Shown here one piece after another: positions 27,546 through 42,287 of a DNA stretch of 64,000 bases. Numbering within the stretch: position 1 is the stretch's first letter; every line of letters starts with the position of its first letter. The translations under genes were made by a program, and so were the position numbers. The notes below the pieces were generated by a model. It did not search any database. It saw only the letters and a list, made by a program, of their open reading frames with translations, and was not told where the DNA came from. Source of the stretch: the human T2T-CHM13v2.0 reference genome, Homo sapiens; NCBI RefSeq assembly GCF_009914755.1, contig NC_060939.1; one strand, 5' to 3'.

Positions 27546-28760
27546 TCATTAATAAAATAAAATGGTGTAGCCATATTTGCAGCAAGAAGTAGGAAGGTGG
27601 AAGATTGAAGCTAGATAGAACAGACAGGCAACTGCAGTAGTGCAGATATAATGTGGTAAGAATAGCAATGGTAGGAATGAAGGTGAAAATACAGGTCTGA
27701 GAGATATTATTAAGGAAAGAATGGGTGACATATTCAATGCAGAGATGATGACAAAATATTCAAAAGTGACTTGAGGTCTCCTATTTTGGGAGCCTGTAAG
27801 ATTTGTGAGTTTGCAGCTCTAAAAAAAAAAACAATGGGAAAGAGGAGTCTTTTTCTTCTGCTGCTTTAAAAAAATTTTTTTAGGGGAAAGCAGAAAAAAC
27901 TTAGTGAGGGTGAGGTGGTTACAGTATATCTTCTAATACTATATATTTTTGAAAACATAAGATTAAAAGGAAGTTAAACATGAAGTCATGTTACAGAACC
28001 TTAGGGACAGATGGGCCAATTAATTGAAGGTATAAAAAATGGAAAAAAAAAAAAGGTATAAAAAGAACAAAGGACCAGGAATTGGGCTTTGTAGAATTAA
28101 CTACTGTGAGGGCACATGAGGAGGAAAATCAGATAGGAAAAACAAGGCTGGCAAGGTAGGAAGAGGGCAGGAAAGACCATTAGGCAGAGGAGAATCAAAT
28201 ATAATTAAAATAAAGAATATTAAATAGCTTTCATGTAAAATAATGCCAAGATGAATGTTTCCAACATGAAAATCACCTTTTTAATTATGTAAGTCTCTGA
28301 GAAAATAATTATATTGATTGACAGCTCATTTACAATAACTCCCCAATATCAATCCCCAAGTCTTCTGCTGCTATTCAGACTTATCCCCTGATATCCTATA
28401 AAAATAGAAAACATATTATGAGGACTACCTAAATAAATTATTTCATATGTTGGAAGACTATTAGTTCTTCTCAAAGTTATTCCTTCCTAAGTTAAATCAT
28501 TCCAATTCCTTAAAATGTAAAATGTATATTCCTTTTTTTCTTCTTCACTGTTTTCTTATGAACATTCCTAAATTTAGTAGTTATTGCTTGCTCTTAGGAC
28601 AAACTATCTGATTATATGGTCTGATTAAATCTCTCTAAGAGTAAGGAGAACTCAATGCAACCCCAGAAATCCTTGAACAAAATGAGATGTTTAGACTTAT
28701 TTAGGGCTTTTAGTCAGTAAGGATAAACCTATTTCCGTGAATTTTAGGACTTCATTTTAT

Positions 28761-29424
<664 letters not shown>

Positions 29425-30149
29425 TTAACTGAAATGTAAGATGCAATCCACTGAGTTGAACTATTGTCTGTTAGCAACCAAAAGAATGGTATCTATTGGC
29501 ACCAATTAGGAAAATAAGAAATAAAAAAGAAGAAGAAAGAAAGGAAATAAAAGATTACTTGCTATAGTCTTTAGTCCATGTTGCATTGAAGTGGAAAATC
29601 ATTTTCAGAGAAACAATATTATGAATGGAGTGCATCGGTTCTGCTGATCTTGTCAGCTATTTTGTTATCTGTATTGTAAGTTAAAGGTGAGATAATTTTG
29701 ATGGTAAATAGAACCATCTGGGCTTTGGTTCTCAAATTTTGAATAGAAGTAGGTAGGATCTAAGGTTATACATTTTTTCTAGCCTTCATGAATTGTGCCT
29801 CAAGTAGTAATCTGATAATGCAGTTACAGTGATTTTTCCGTAGTTATTTCTACAGTTTTTGGACTTGGTTAATGCATTTGGTCCACAATAGTGGAGGCTG
29901 TGTCTAGTTTACTTCTTTAAGGGCACCTAGAAAAAACCTAAGTTATTTCCCTAATACACTCTAATATCTTGAAATACTAAATATTCCTTTGAAATGCTCT
30001 TGTGTTTGTAGGGAATGACAACTTCCTAGAAGGATCTAGTCCACTACATATTTTTATTACGGTTACATTCTCCTAATAAGGAAATGAGAAGAAAGCCAAT
30101 TGTTGAGCTTCTAACACAGACAAGATACTTAAATACATTTTTATTTAAA

Positions 30150-30320
30150 TCTCATAGCAGTTTTACGATGTAAAGATCCTTTGATCCTTTTCATTTTATA
30201 GCTCAGTACACAGACACAGAGAAGTTCAGTAACTTGCCAAAGGTCACAAAGCTTGTAAACTGATAGAAATGGGAGCTGAAGCGAAGACCATCTACCTACA
30301 AACTGCATGTTTTTAGTTAT
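30150..30320 (-). mobile_element. MIR
   Basis: CATTTTATAG...ACAGAGAAGTTCAGTAACTTGCCAAAGGTCACA core. Confidence 0.7.
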
Positions 30321-31149
30321 TGGTCTAATCAGATAGAGAGGATTTAGAATTGAGGTAGGGTATAAATACGTCCAGGAAACCACTGACAGCCAAACATAAG
30401 GCTTCCCTACAAAAGGATTAGTTCAGCCAAACTTCTTTCACAGTGTGTAACTAACACTTATCCCAAAAAGCTGCCATGCTGCCCAAACCTCTGACAGTTC
30501 CCATAGGAAAAGAAGGGTTAAATAAAAGGTCAATGGAGTTAAACAAACAAACAAACACACAAACAGGCATTATTCACCCTTTCTGGCTTTCATCAACCCC
30601 ACCCCCTACCCCCAATTGGGTAGCTTTCATTTCATAACTTGAAGAAAAGGGATATGAAAATATATTCTTTGCAAACATTTCCTCAGGGCAAGAAGAAGAA
30701 AAAAACATTTGATAAAAAACACCCATATCAATTAAAGTTGTTTCAAAGGAAAGCATCTGAATCGAGGTGCCATCTCAGGGGAGAATAACAGGATAACAAG
30801 ACCAGTAAGCACCAATAGAGCATGACTCATCCATTTTGCCAGTTACAGTTACACATATAGAGTAGAGGCAGTTGGAGTAATACATAGTGACCACTCAAGT
30901 ATTCACTTCTTCAATCAATATTGTCAGGCACTATGCAGGGCAAAGCTGACCCACGATGGTGGTAGAATTCTCTGTCCCAGACATACAGGATGGGGATTGA
31001 GAATTGAAACATGGAATCTCTGGGGCTGAGGGCTGGGGATGTTTCTCCCATGGACTTAAGAATCAGAGAAAGCTACGCTGCGAGGTAGAGCAAACACCTA
31101 GATAGAAACAGAGATGACAGAAGGGAGTCCTGTTGGCTTCAGCAGGGCA

Positions 31150-31704
31150 GTTTAGCTCAGTGTTCAAGGGCATGAACTCTATAACCACACAGCTGTGTTT
31201 AAACTTGGCTTCATCATTTATAAACTATGTAACCTCAGACAAGTTACTTACTTCATGTTTTCTTTGTTTTCCTTATTTATGAAATGGTGGTAAAATACTA
31301 TCTATTTTATAGGGTGTTTGTGAACATTAAAGACAATGCAGTTCACCTTCTGTATCCATGGATTCTGCTTCTGTGGATTCAACCAACCACAGATCAAAAA
31401 TATTTTAAAAAATCAATAAAAATAACAATACAATAAAAAAACACAAAAAACCAATAGAGTATAACAAATATTTATATAGCATTTACACTGTATTAGATAT
31501 TATAATTAATCTAGAGATGATTTAAAGTATACAAGAGGATGTATATAGGTTATGTGCAGACACTATGGCCATTTAATATAAGGCACTTGAGTATCTGTGA
31601 ATATTGGTGTCCATAGGGGTCCTGTAAGTTTTCCCCCATGGAAACTAAGGAAAGACTTTATATCCAAAGTGCTTATAATAAGGGCTAACATCTAGGAAGC
31701 ATGA
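31150..31704 (+). mobile_element. MIR, interrupted by MER2 and by the MLT1A stack; tail resumes at ~39454-39483
   Basis: TGTAACCTCAGACAAGTTACTTA...TTCCTTATTTATGAAATGG core; AAAGTGCTTA after MER2; TATCATTATTATT tail after the MLT1A end. Confidence 0.65.
31339..31658. mobile_element. MER2 (TcMar-Tigger MITE)
   Basis: CAGTTCACCTTCTGTATCCATGGATTCTG...GGATTCAACCAACCACAGATCAAAAATATT and ...CCCCCATGGAAACTAAGG ends. Confidence 0.85.
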
Positions 31705-31860
31705 TGTTATGGACTGAATTATGTCCTTGCTGATATTGTTTGGATGTTTGTGCCTTGAAATCTCATGTTGAAATGTAATCCCCAGTGTTCCAGGTAGGGC
31801 CAAACACCCATGGTGTTTGGGTCATGGGGGTGGATCCCTCATGAATAGCTTGGAACCTCA

Positions 31861-32385
<525 letters not shown>

Positions 32386-32743
32386 TTAAACCTCTTTTCT
32401 TCATAAATTACACAGCCTAAGGTATTTCTTTAAAATTAAAAAAAAAAAATTTAATTTCCATAGGTTACTGGGGAACAGGTGGTGTCTGGTTACATGAGTA
32501 AGTTCTTTTGTGGTGATTTGTGAGATTTTTGTGCACCCATCACCCGACCAGTATATACAGCACCCAATTTGTAGTCTTTTATCCTTCACCCCCTTCTCAC
32601 GCTTTCCTGAGTCCCTCACCCTTTCCCCAAAAGTCCATTGTATCATTCTTACGCCTTTGCATCCTCATAGCTTAGCTTCCACTTATCAGTGAGAAAATAC
32701 GATGTTTGGTTTTCCATTCCTGAGTTACTTCACTTAGAATAAA

Positions 32744-35026
32744 GTCAAATTGTCTGTTTGCGGACTACATGGTTGTATATATTAGAAAACCCAATTATCT
32801 CAGCCCCCAAACTCAGTGCAGTTGATAAGAAGCTGATAAGCAACTTCAGCAAAGTCTCAGGATACAAAATCAATGTGCAAAAATCACAAGCATTCCTATA
32901 CACCAACAACAGACAGAGAGCCAAATCCTGAGTGAACTCCCATTCACAATTGCTACAAAGAGAATGAAATACCCAGGAATACAACTTACAAGGGATGTGA
33001 AGGACCTCTTCAAGGATAACTACAAACCACTGCTCAAGGAAATAAGAGAGGACACAAACAAATGGAAAAACATTCCATGCTCATGGATAGGAAGAATCAA
33101 TATCATGAAAATGGCCTTACTGCCTAAAGTAATTTATAGATTCAGTGCTACTCCCATCAAGCTACCAGTGACTTTCTTTGCAGAAGTAGAAAAAAACTAC
33201 TTTAAATTTCATATGGAACCAAAAAAGAGTCCGTATAGCCAAGACAATCCTAAGCAAAAAGAACAAAGCTGGAGGGATCCTACCTGACTTCAAACTATAC
33301 TATAAGGCTTCAGTAACCAAAACAGCACAGTACTGGTACCAAAACAGATATATAGACCAATGGAACCGAATAGAGACCTCAGAAATAACACCACATGTCT
33401 ACAACCATCTGATCTTCAACTAACCTGACAAAAACAAGCAATGGAGAAAGGATTTCCTATTTAATGAATGGTGCTGGGAAAACTGGCTAGCCAGATGCAG
33501 AAAACAGAAACTGGACCCCTTCCTTATACCTTATACAAAAATTAACTCAAGATGGATTAAAGACTTAAGTGTAAAACCCAAAACCATAAAACCCTGGAAG
33601 AAAACCTAGCCAATACCATTCAGGACATAGGCACGGGCAAAGACTTCATAACTAAAAAGCAATTGCAACAAAAACCAAAATTGACAAATGGGATCTAATC
33701 AAACTAAAGCGCTTCTGCACAGCAAAAGAAACTATCATCAGAGTGAACAGGCAACCTAAAGAATGGCAGAAAATTTTTGCAATCTATCCATCTGACAAAG
33801 GGCTAATATCCAGAAACTACAAGGAACTTAAACAAATTTACAAGAAAAAAAAAACCCAATCAAAAAGTGGGCACAGGATATGAACAGACACTTCTCAAAA
33901 GAAGACATTTATGCAGCCAACAAACATATGAAAGAAAGCTCATCATCATTGGTCATCAGAGAAATGCAAATCAAAACCACAATGAGATACCATCTCACGC
34001 CAGTTAGAATGGTGATTATTAACAAGTCAGGAAACAACAGATACTGGCGAGGCTGTGGAGAAATAGGAATGCTTTTACACTGTTGGTGGGAGTGTAAATT
34101 ATTTAAACCGTTGTGGATGACAGTGCGGCGATTCCTCAAGGATCTAGAACCAGAAATACCATTTGACCCAGCAATCCCATTATTGGGTATATACCCAAAG
34201 AACTATAAATCATTCTTTTTTTTTTTTGAGACGGAGTCTGGCTCTGTCCCCCAGTCTGGAGTGCAGTGGCGCAATCTCGGCTCACTGCAAGCTCTGCCTC
34301 CCGGGTTCACGCCATTCTCCTGCCTCAGCCTCCTGAGTAGCTGGGACTACAGGTGCCCGCCACCACGCCTGGCTAATTTTTTTGTATTTTTAGTAGAGAC
34401 AGGGTTTCGCCATGTTGGCCAGGATGGTCTCGAACTCCTGACCTCATGATCTGCCCACCCCAGCCTCCCAAAGTGCTGGGATTACAGGCTTGAGCCACCG
34501 CGCCTGGCTGATTATAAATCATTCTACTATAAAGACACATGCACATGTATGTTTATTGCAGCACTATTTACAATAGCAAAGACTTGGAACCAACCCAAAT
34601 GCCCATCAATGGTAGACTGGATAAAGAAAATGTGGCACATATACACCATGGAATACTATGCAGCCATAAAAAAGAATAAGCTCATGTCCTTTGCAGGAAC
34701 ATGGATGACACTGGAAGCCATAATTCTCAGCAAACTAACACAGGAACAGAAAACCATACACCACGTTTTTTCACACATAAGTGGGAGCTGAGCAATGAGA
34801 ACACATGGACACAGGGAGGAGAATATCACACACTGGGGCCTGTCAGGGGGTGGGGAGCAAGGAGAGGGAGACCATTAGGACAAATACCTAATGCATGCAG
34901 GACTTAAAACCTAGATGATGGGTTGATAGATGCAGCAAACCACCATGGAACATGTATACCTATGTAACAAACTTGCACATTCTGCACATGTATCTCAGAC
35001 CTTAAAGTAAAAAAAAAAAAAAATAA
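32744..35026 (+). mobile_element. 5'-truncated L1PA (L1PA7/8-like) inserted in the L1PB
   Basis: ORF2 from the RT motif to the C-terminus ([36 protein letters not shown]), then 3' UTR and poly-A at ~35009-35023. Confidence 0.92.
34217..34509 (-). mobile_element. AluY/Sc8-like inside the L1PA
   Basis: TSD TATAAATCATTCT (34204-34216 / 34513-34525). Confidence 0.92.
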
Positions 35027-38000
35027 TAATATTAGTCTTCAATCTCATCCAGGTGACTGCAAATGTCATTACTTCATTTCTTTTTATGGTTGAGTTGTAT
35101 TCCATCATAGATATATACCACAGTTTCTTTATCCACTTGTTGATTGATGGCCATTGGATTAGTTTCACATTTTTGCAATTGTGAATTGTGCTGCTGTAAA
35201 CTTGCGTGTACAAGTATCTTTTTTGAATAATGGCTTCTTTTCCTCTGGGTAGATACACAGTAGTGGGACTGCTGGATCAAATGGTAGTTCTACTTTTAGT
35301 TCTTTAAGGAATCTCCACACTGTTTTCCATAGTGGTTTTACTAGTTTACATTCCTATCAGCAATGTAGAAGTGTTTCCTGTTCACCACATCCATGCCAGC
35401 ATCTATTATTTTTCTATTTTTAAGTATGTCCATTCTTGTAGGACTAAGGTGGTTTTGATTTGCATCTCCCAGATCATTAGTGATGTTGAGCATTTTTTCG
35501 TATGTTTGTTGGCCATTTGTATATCTTCTTTTGAGAACTGTCTATTCATGTCCTTAGCCTACTTTTGATGGGATTGTTTGTTTTTTCTTATTAATTTGTT
35601 TGAGTTCATTGTAGATTCTGGATATTAGTCCTTTGTCAGATGTATAGATTGTGAAGATTTTCTCCCACTCTGTGGGTTGTCTGTTTACTCTGCTGACTGT
35701 TCCTTTTGCCATGCAAAAGATCTTTAGTTTATTTAAGTCCCAGCTATTCATCTTTGTTTTTATTGCATTTGCTTTTGGGTACTTGGTCAAAAAATCCTTG
35801 CCTAAGCCAATGTCTAGAAGGGTTTTTCTGATATTGTCTTCTAGAATTTTTATAGTTTCAAGTCTTAGATTTAAGTCCTTGATCCATATTGTGTTGATTT
35901 TTGTATAAGGTGAAAGATGAGGATCCAGTTTCATTATTCTACATGTGGCTAGTCAATTATCCCAGCACAATTTGTTGAATAGGGTGTCTTTTCCCCACTT
36001 TATGTTTCTGTTTGCTTTGTGAAAGATCATTTGGCTGTACTTGGATTTATTTCTGGGTTCTCTATTCTGTTCCATTGGTCTATGTGCCTATTTTTATACA
36101 GTACCATGCTGTTTTGGTGAGTATGGCCTTATAGTGTAGTTTGAAATCAGGTAATGTGATGCCTCCAGATTTGTTCTTTTTGTTTAGTCTTGCTTTGGAT
36201 ATGTGGGCTCTTTTTTGGTTCCATATGAATTTTAGGATTTTTTTTCTGATTCTGTGAAGAAAGATGATGATATTTTGATAGGGATTACACTGAATTTGTA
36301 GATTGCTTTTGGCAGTATGGCCATTTTCACAATATTGATTCTACCCATCCATGAGCATGGAACGTGTTTCTATTTGTTTGTGTCATCTATGATTTCTTTC
36401 AGCAGTGTTTTGTAGTTTTCCTTGCAGAGGTCTTTCACCTCCTTGATTATGTATATTCCTAAGTATTTCTTTTTCAGTTATTGTAAAAGGGGTTGAATTC
36501 TTGATTTGATTCTCAGCTTGGTTCCTGTTGGTGTATAGGGGAGGTACTGAATTGTGTACATTAATTTTGTATGTGGAAACTTTGCTGAATTCTTCTATCA
36601 GTTCTAGGAGCTTTTTGGAGGAGTCTTTAGGGTTTTCTAGGTATACAATCATATCATCAGCAAACAGTAGCAGTTTGACTTCCTCTTTACTGATTTGGAT
36701 GCCTTTTATTTCCCCCTCTTGTCTGACTGCTCTCCAGCCTCAGGTATTTCTTTAGAGTAAAGCAAGAACTAATACTGAAAATTGGTACCAGGAGTGGGGT
36801 ATTATTATAAAGATACCTGAAAATGTGGAAGTGGTTTTGGAACTGGGTAACAGGCAGAAGTTGGAAGAGTCTGGAGGTCTGAGAAGAAGACAGAAAGATG
36901 AAGGAAAGTTTCCAACTTCTTAGAAGCTAGTTAAATGGTTATGACCAGAATGTTGATAGAGACATGGACAGTGAAGTCCAAGCTGAAGAGCTCTCAGATG
37001 GAAATAAATAAGTTACTGGGAACGCGAGTAAAGGTTATCCATTATGCTGTTGCAAAGAACTTGGCTGCATTGTGTTCATGTCCTAGGAATCTGTGGAAGT
37101 TTGAACTTAAGAGTGATGACCTAGGGTATCTGGCAGAAGAAATTTCTAAGCAGCAAAGTGTTCAAGATGTGGCCTGGCTGCTTCTAAGAGCCTATCATCA
37201 GATACAGGAGCAAATAAATGACTTAAAGTTGGAATTCATATTTAAAAGGGAAACAGAGCATAAAAGTTTGACAAATTTGCATCCTGGTACATGGTAGAAA
37301 AGGAATACAAGCAGATTGTGGAGGAACCACTTGCTAAAGAGACTAGCATGACTAAAAGGGAACCAAATGCTAATATCCGAGACAATGGGAAAAGAGGTCT
37401 TGAAGGCATTTCAGAAATCTCTGAGGCAGCCCCTCATATCACAGGCCCAGAAGCCTCGGATGAAAGAATGATTTCAGGGACCAGGCCAAGGACACCGCTG
37501 CCCTGCTCAGCCTTGGGAGGCTACTCCCTGCAACCAGGCTGCTCCAGCTCCAGATGTGGCTCAAAGGCCCCAGGTACAGCTCTGGCTGCCACTTTGGAGA
37601 GTGAGGCCGTAATCCTTGGCAGCTTTCATGTGGCAGTAAGCCTGTGGCTGCACAGAATGCAAGGGTGAAGGAGACTTGGCAGCTTCTGTCTAGATTTCAG
37701 ATAATGTATGGGAAAGCCTAGGTGCCTGGGCAGAAGCCTGATGCAGGGGTAGAGCCCCCGCAGAGAGGCTCTACTAGTAGGGCAGCACCAAGGGGACGTG
37801 TGAGGTTGGAGACCCTATACAGAGTCCCCACCAGGGCACTGCCTAGTGGAGCAGTAAGAAGGGGGCCACTGCCTTCCAGGCCAAAGAATGGTAGAGGCAG
37901 CAGCAGCTTGCATCCTCAGTCTGGAGAAGCCACAGGCACTGGACTCTAACCCATCAGAGCAGCCCTGTGGGCTGCATCCAGCAAAGCTATAGAGTTGAGC

Positions 38001-38062
38001 TGCCTAAGGCCTTAGGAGTCCACCCCTGAATGCAGGACATTAAGTCAAAGGAGATTATTTTG

Positions 38063-38400
<338 letters not shown>

Positions 38401-40236
38401 TTAATGACTGCCCTACTGAGTTTCAGACTTGTGTGGGGCCTATTGCCCCTTTTTTTGGGGTGATTTCTCCATTTTGGAATGGGAATGTCTACCCAATAAG
38501 TGCACCACCATTGTATCTTGGGAGTAAATAACTTTTTTTAATCTTACAGGCTCATAGGAAAGAACTAATCTCCAGATGAGACTTTGGACTTGGGACTTTT
38601 GGTTAATGCTGGAATAAGTTAAGGCTTTGGGGGACTATTGAGATGGGATGATTGTATTCTGCATGTAAGGACATGAGATTTGAGGAACCAGGGGCAGAAG
38701 GATATGGTTTGGGAAGTTTGCTCCCTCCAAATGTCAGGTTGAAATGTAATCTCCAGTGTTACAGGAGGGGCCTGGTGGGAGGTGTTTGGGTCATGAGGTC
38801 AGATACCTCATTAATAGCTTGGTGCTGTCCTCCCCATAAGTGGGCTCCCACTCTGAGTTAATGCAAGACCTGGTTTAAAAGAGTGTGGCACCTCCTCCAC
38901 CCCTTGCTTCCTCTCTCACCATAGGATGCACCTGCTCCCCTTTGCCTTTCACCATGATTGTAAGCTTTCTGAGGCCTTACCAGAAGCCAAGCAGATGCCA
39001 GCACCGTGCTTCCTGTGCAGCCTGCAGAACTGTGAGCCAATCAAACCTCTTTTCTTTATAAATTACCCAGCTTCAGTTACTTCTTCATAGTGTTGCAAGA
39101 ACTAACTCCCCACCCCCCAAATTCATATGTTGAAGCCCTAACCCTCAACGTGACTGTATTTGGAGTCAGCTTTTAGAAAGAAATTAAGGTTAAATGAAGT
39201 CATAAAGCTAATCCAATAGGACTGATGACCTTATATGAAGAGAATGAGGGAGTAATCTCTTTCCCCACACACATGTACCAGGGAAAGGCCATATGAGGAC
39301 ACAGTGAGAAGACAGAGCCCTCATCAGAAACCAAATTGGCTGGCACCTTGATCTTAGACTTCCCAGCCTCCAGAACTGTGAGAAATAAATTTCTGTCCTT
39401 TGAGTCACCCAGTCTATAGTATTTTGTAATGGCAGCCCAAGCAGACTAATACAATAACATAAATCTTTCCTATCATTATTATTCTGATTTTGGTTCCTGG
39501 GTCTAGTTCCAATTCATAGTAGCCTTCTGAGGGCTAGACAGTTTCTACTTTGATGTTCTGAAAGATAGCACAGCATCACAATAATACATTTCCTACTGTT
39601 GACTTAAACAACATTAGTAGGCTTCTTCAAATGATAACCAGAGAGTCTTAAGCAATAAATAATATTGGAGGTTAGGGTAAAGAAAAATCACTTGTAGCTC
39701 ATGACTGGGATGAAAGTATCATGGAAGAGAAGTGATTTAAGCTAGAATTTATAAAATGGTTAGCCTTTTAAAAAGTAGAGAGAGAGAATATACTGATAAC
39801 TGAGACAATAGCATAGAATTATTCATATTGTGCACATGCCAACAGTACACATCAGCCTTAATGATAATAATGCAAATGTGAAATTTGGATTACTCCATAT
39901 TAGGTTTTCATAGCTACAGAGAACTATTTATCCATTTATCTTAAACATATTAAAGGTGCAAATTTCAAACTTAAATTTCTAGAAGCGTTACTAAAACCTA
40001 ATGCATTATTAAGTAGGTAAGGTAAAAAAAATTTTCTCTTTTATGTTCATTGAGGATAAAAATCTTATGAAGTCTCTCAATTTTATTCCTAGTTCTCATA
40101 ACAAAGAATCAGTTTTCAAAAGTTCAAGTTTTCTCAGATATTACAGCAAGTGCATTAGCTCATCTAGATCATTGTTGGACAGACAATTGACTTACTTTTC
40201 TATGCTTTCTACTGGTGAATGCTTCAAATATGATAT

Positions 40237-40410
40237 ATATATTTTTTGTGACTTTTTAAAATTATTATACTTTAAGTTTTAGGGTACATGTGCACAATGT
40301 GCAGGTTAGTTACATATGTATACATGTGCCATGCTGGTGTGCTGCACCCATTAACTTGTCATTTAGCATTAGGTATATCTCCTAATGCTATCTCTCCCCC
40401 CTCCCCCCAC
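40237..40410 (-). mobile_element. Young L1PA (PA2-PA4-like) 3' stub
   Basis: TATACTTTAAGTTTTAGGGTACATGTGCAC...GCATTAGGTATATCTCCTAATGC; TSD AAATATGATAT (40226-40236 / 40411-40421). Confidence 0.9.
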
Positions 40411-41470
40411 AAATATGATATTAAAATAGGCAAATAATTGTCTATCTGTCCTTTACTACCACTTCACACACAATTCTGAGTGAACTGTCCTGTAAAAATC
40501 AAAAGGTCATGTAAGTCTTGCTCCCTCAAGCAAACTCTTATTTTTAGGAGACCTCAAAGGCAAATTTTATGACTGCTTCCTTTTAAAACTATAAACATAA
40601 TGAAACCATTCTAAAAATAATTATGGTATATCACCCAAATAGCTCACAAAATTAAAGACCCAAGAGAAACACTGCCTGAAAACTTTAAAACATTGTTATT
40701 TAAATACATATTGACATATTTTGACCCAAAATAATTTTTTTAAATTGAGAAAACATATGCTAATAATAATTTTTTTTCATGAAGAAAATGACCAAAAGGA
40801 GACATGACTTTTGACCTAAGCAGGAGGCTGGAAGCCAGACAACTCATTTTCTTTTTTATAGCTTTTAACAAAGTCATGACTTCTTAAAATCCATTATTCC
40901 ATCCAAAACATTGGTCTACTCTTCAGCTATCATCTCTTTTAGCAAGACATTCATGAATTCCCAGGCTGGGGAGAAAAAGGCTCCAGTCATACATTCATTC
41001 CTAAAATATTTATTGACTATCATGTATGAGTCAGGCAATGAATCTCTGAGGGCCAATACAGCTTAAGGAAGAATATGTTTGGAGTGACACATTCTAATAG
41101 AGATATCTACCGTAGATACCTCAGGTAGCCTACACTAGCCTTTCATTGTCCCCTGGTCAAGACATCTTCCCCTGCAACAAATTGTTTGATTTTTTTGTTT
41201 GTTTGCTTATTTTCACTTAAATCAATTTCTTGTATATTGTCTTCAGTTAGTAATAGAACAACTACAGCATTATTCTCACCAAGATGCTTCATAGAATTTA
41301 GACAACATAGTATTCAAGAATATAATATTATTCAACTCATTTTATCAGCTATTGCTTCTCCAAGCATATCCCCAACTCTTCCATTCTCTTTTTATATAAA
41401 ACTAATTTTCTAGTTCGTTGTTTGTTTTTGCTACTCCTTCTACATGATTCAGCTTCTGCAAATAGTTTTT

Positions 41471-41775
41471 CTTTTTGTTTTTAAATGAGCCTGGATCTTG
41501 CTCTGTCACTCAGGCTGAAGTGCAGCAGTGCAATCATAGCTCACTACAGCCTGGAACTCCTGGGCCCAAGCAATCCTCCTGCCTCAGCCTCCCAAGCAGG
41601 TGGGACTACAGTTATGTGCTGCTACAACTGGCTAATTTTTTTATTTTTACTTTTCTGTAGAGACAAGGTCTCACTATGCTGCCCAGGCTGGTCTTGAACT
41701 CCTGGCCTCAAGCGATCCTCCCACCTTGGCCTCTCAAAGCACTGGGATTACAGGTGTGAGCCACCACACCCAGCA
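41471..41775 (-). mobile_element. AluJ
   Basis: J diagnostics; flanking CAAATAGTTTTT repeats. Confidence 0.88.
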
Positions 41776-41799
41776 GTTTTCACAAATAGTTTTTGAAGA

Positions 41800-42281
41800 A
41801 GCTCAGTCTTGGCAGACTGTGCTGGGTTGTCATGCTGCCACTGCCACTGTGCCAACCCTTCAGATCTCAATGAGGCTGGGTGATGCTCCAGAATGGGAGA
41901 TGAGCCAATCTGGGAGCAGATTGGATCCAGCTTCATTCAGCATTACTACCAGTTATTTCATAATGATAAAACCCAACTAGGTGCAATTTACATTGATGTG
42001 CCATGCCTTACGTGGGAAGGACAGCAGTTCCAGGGGAAAGCTGCCATTGTGGAGAAGTTGTCTAGTCATCCCTTCCAAAAAATCCAGCACAGCATCACAG
42101 CACAGGACCATCAGCCCACGCCAGCTGCATCATCAGCCTGGTTGTGGGCCAGCTTAAGGTGGATGAAGACCCCATCGGGGGGTTCCACCATATAGATGTT
42201 CCTGTTGAAGAACATCAACAATACTTGGGTTTGCACCAATGACATGTTCAGGCTTGGCCTGCACATCTTGAGCTGATCTCC
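41800..42281 (+). pseudogene. NUTF2: Processed pseudogene of nuclear transport factor 2 (NTF2); CDS-equivalent 41893-42276
   Basis: Intronless [22 protein letters not shown]...TAQDHQPTP, then a frameshift and TAG at 42193-42195, then [20 protein letters not shown]...TGA. The 5' UTR is CpG-decayed. The symbol is the parent gene; pseudogene number not verified (possibly NUTF2P6). Confidence 0.96.
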
Positions 42282-42287
42282 TGAATA

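Larger units (their letters stand above)
32433..36734 (-). mobile_element. 5'-truncated L1PB (pieces 32433-32743 and ~35027-36734) inside the MSTB 5' LTR
   Basis: L1PB-type 3' UTR; ORF2 remnants ([33 protein letters not shown]); 20-bp TSD CAGCCT(A/C)AGGTATTTCTTTA at 32413-32432 and 36735-36754. Confidence 0.9.

Noticed and set aside
32433-36734. Single L1 with twin-priming inversion
   Set aside because: Two distinct 3' UTR types and overlapping ORF2 coordinates show two separate elements.
32964-36755. L1 ORF2-like ORFs
   Set aside because: Frameshifted pieces of 5'-truncated L1 copies; no ORF1, promoter or endonuclease.
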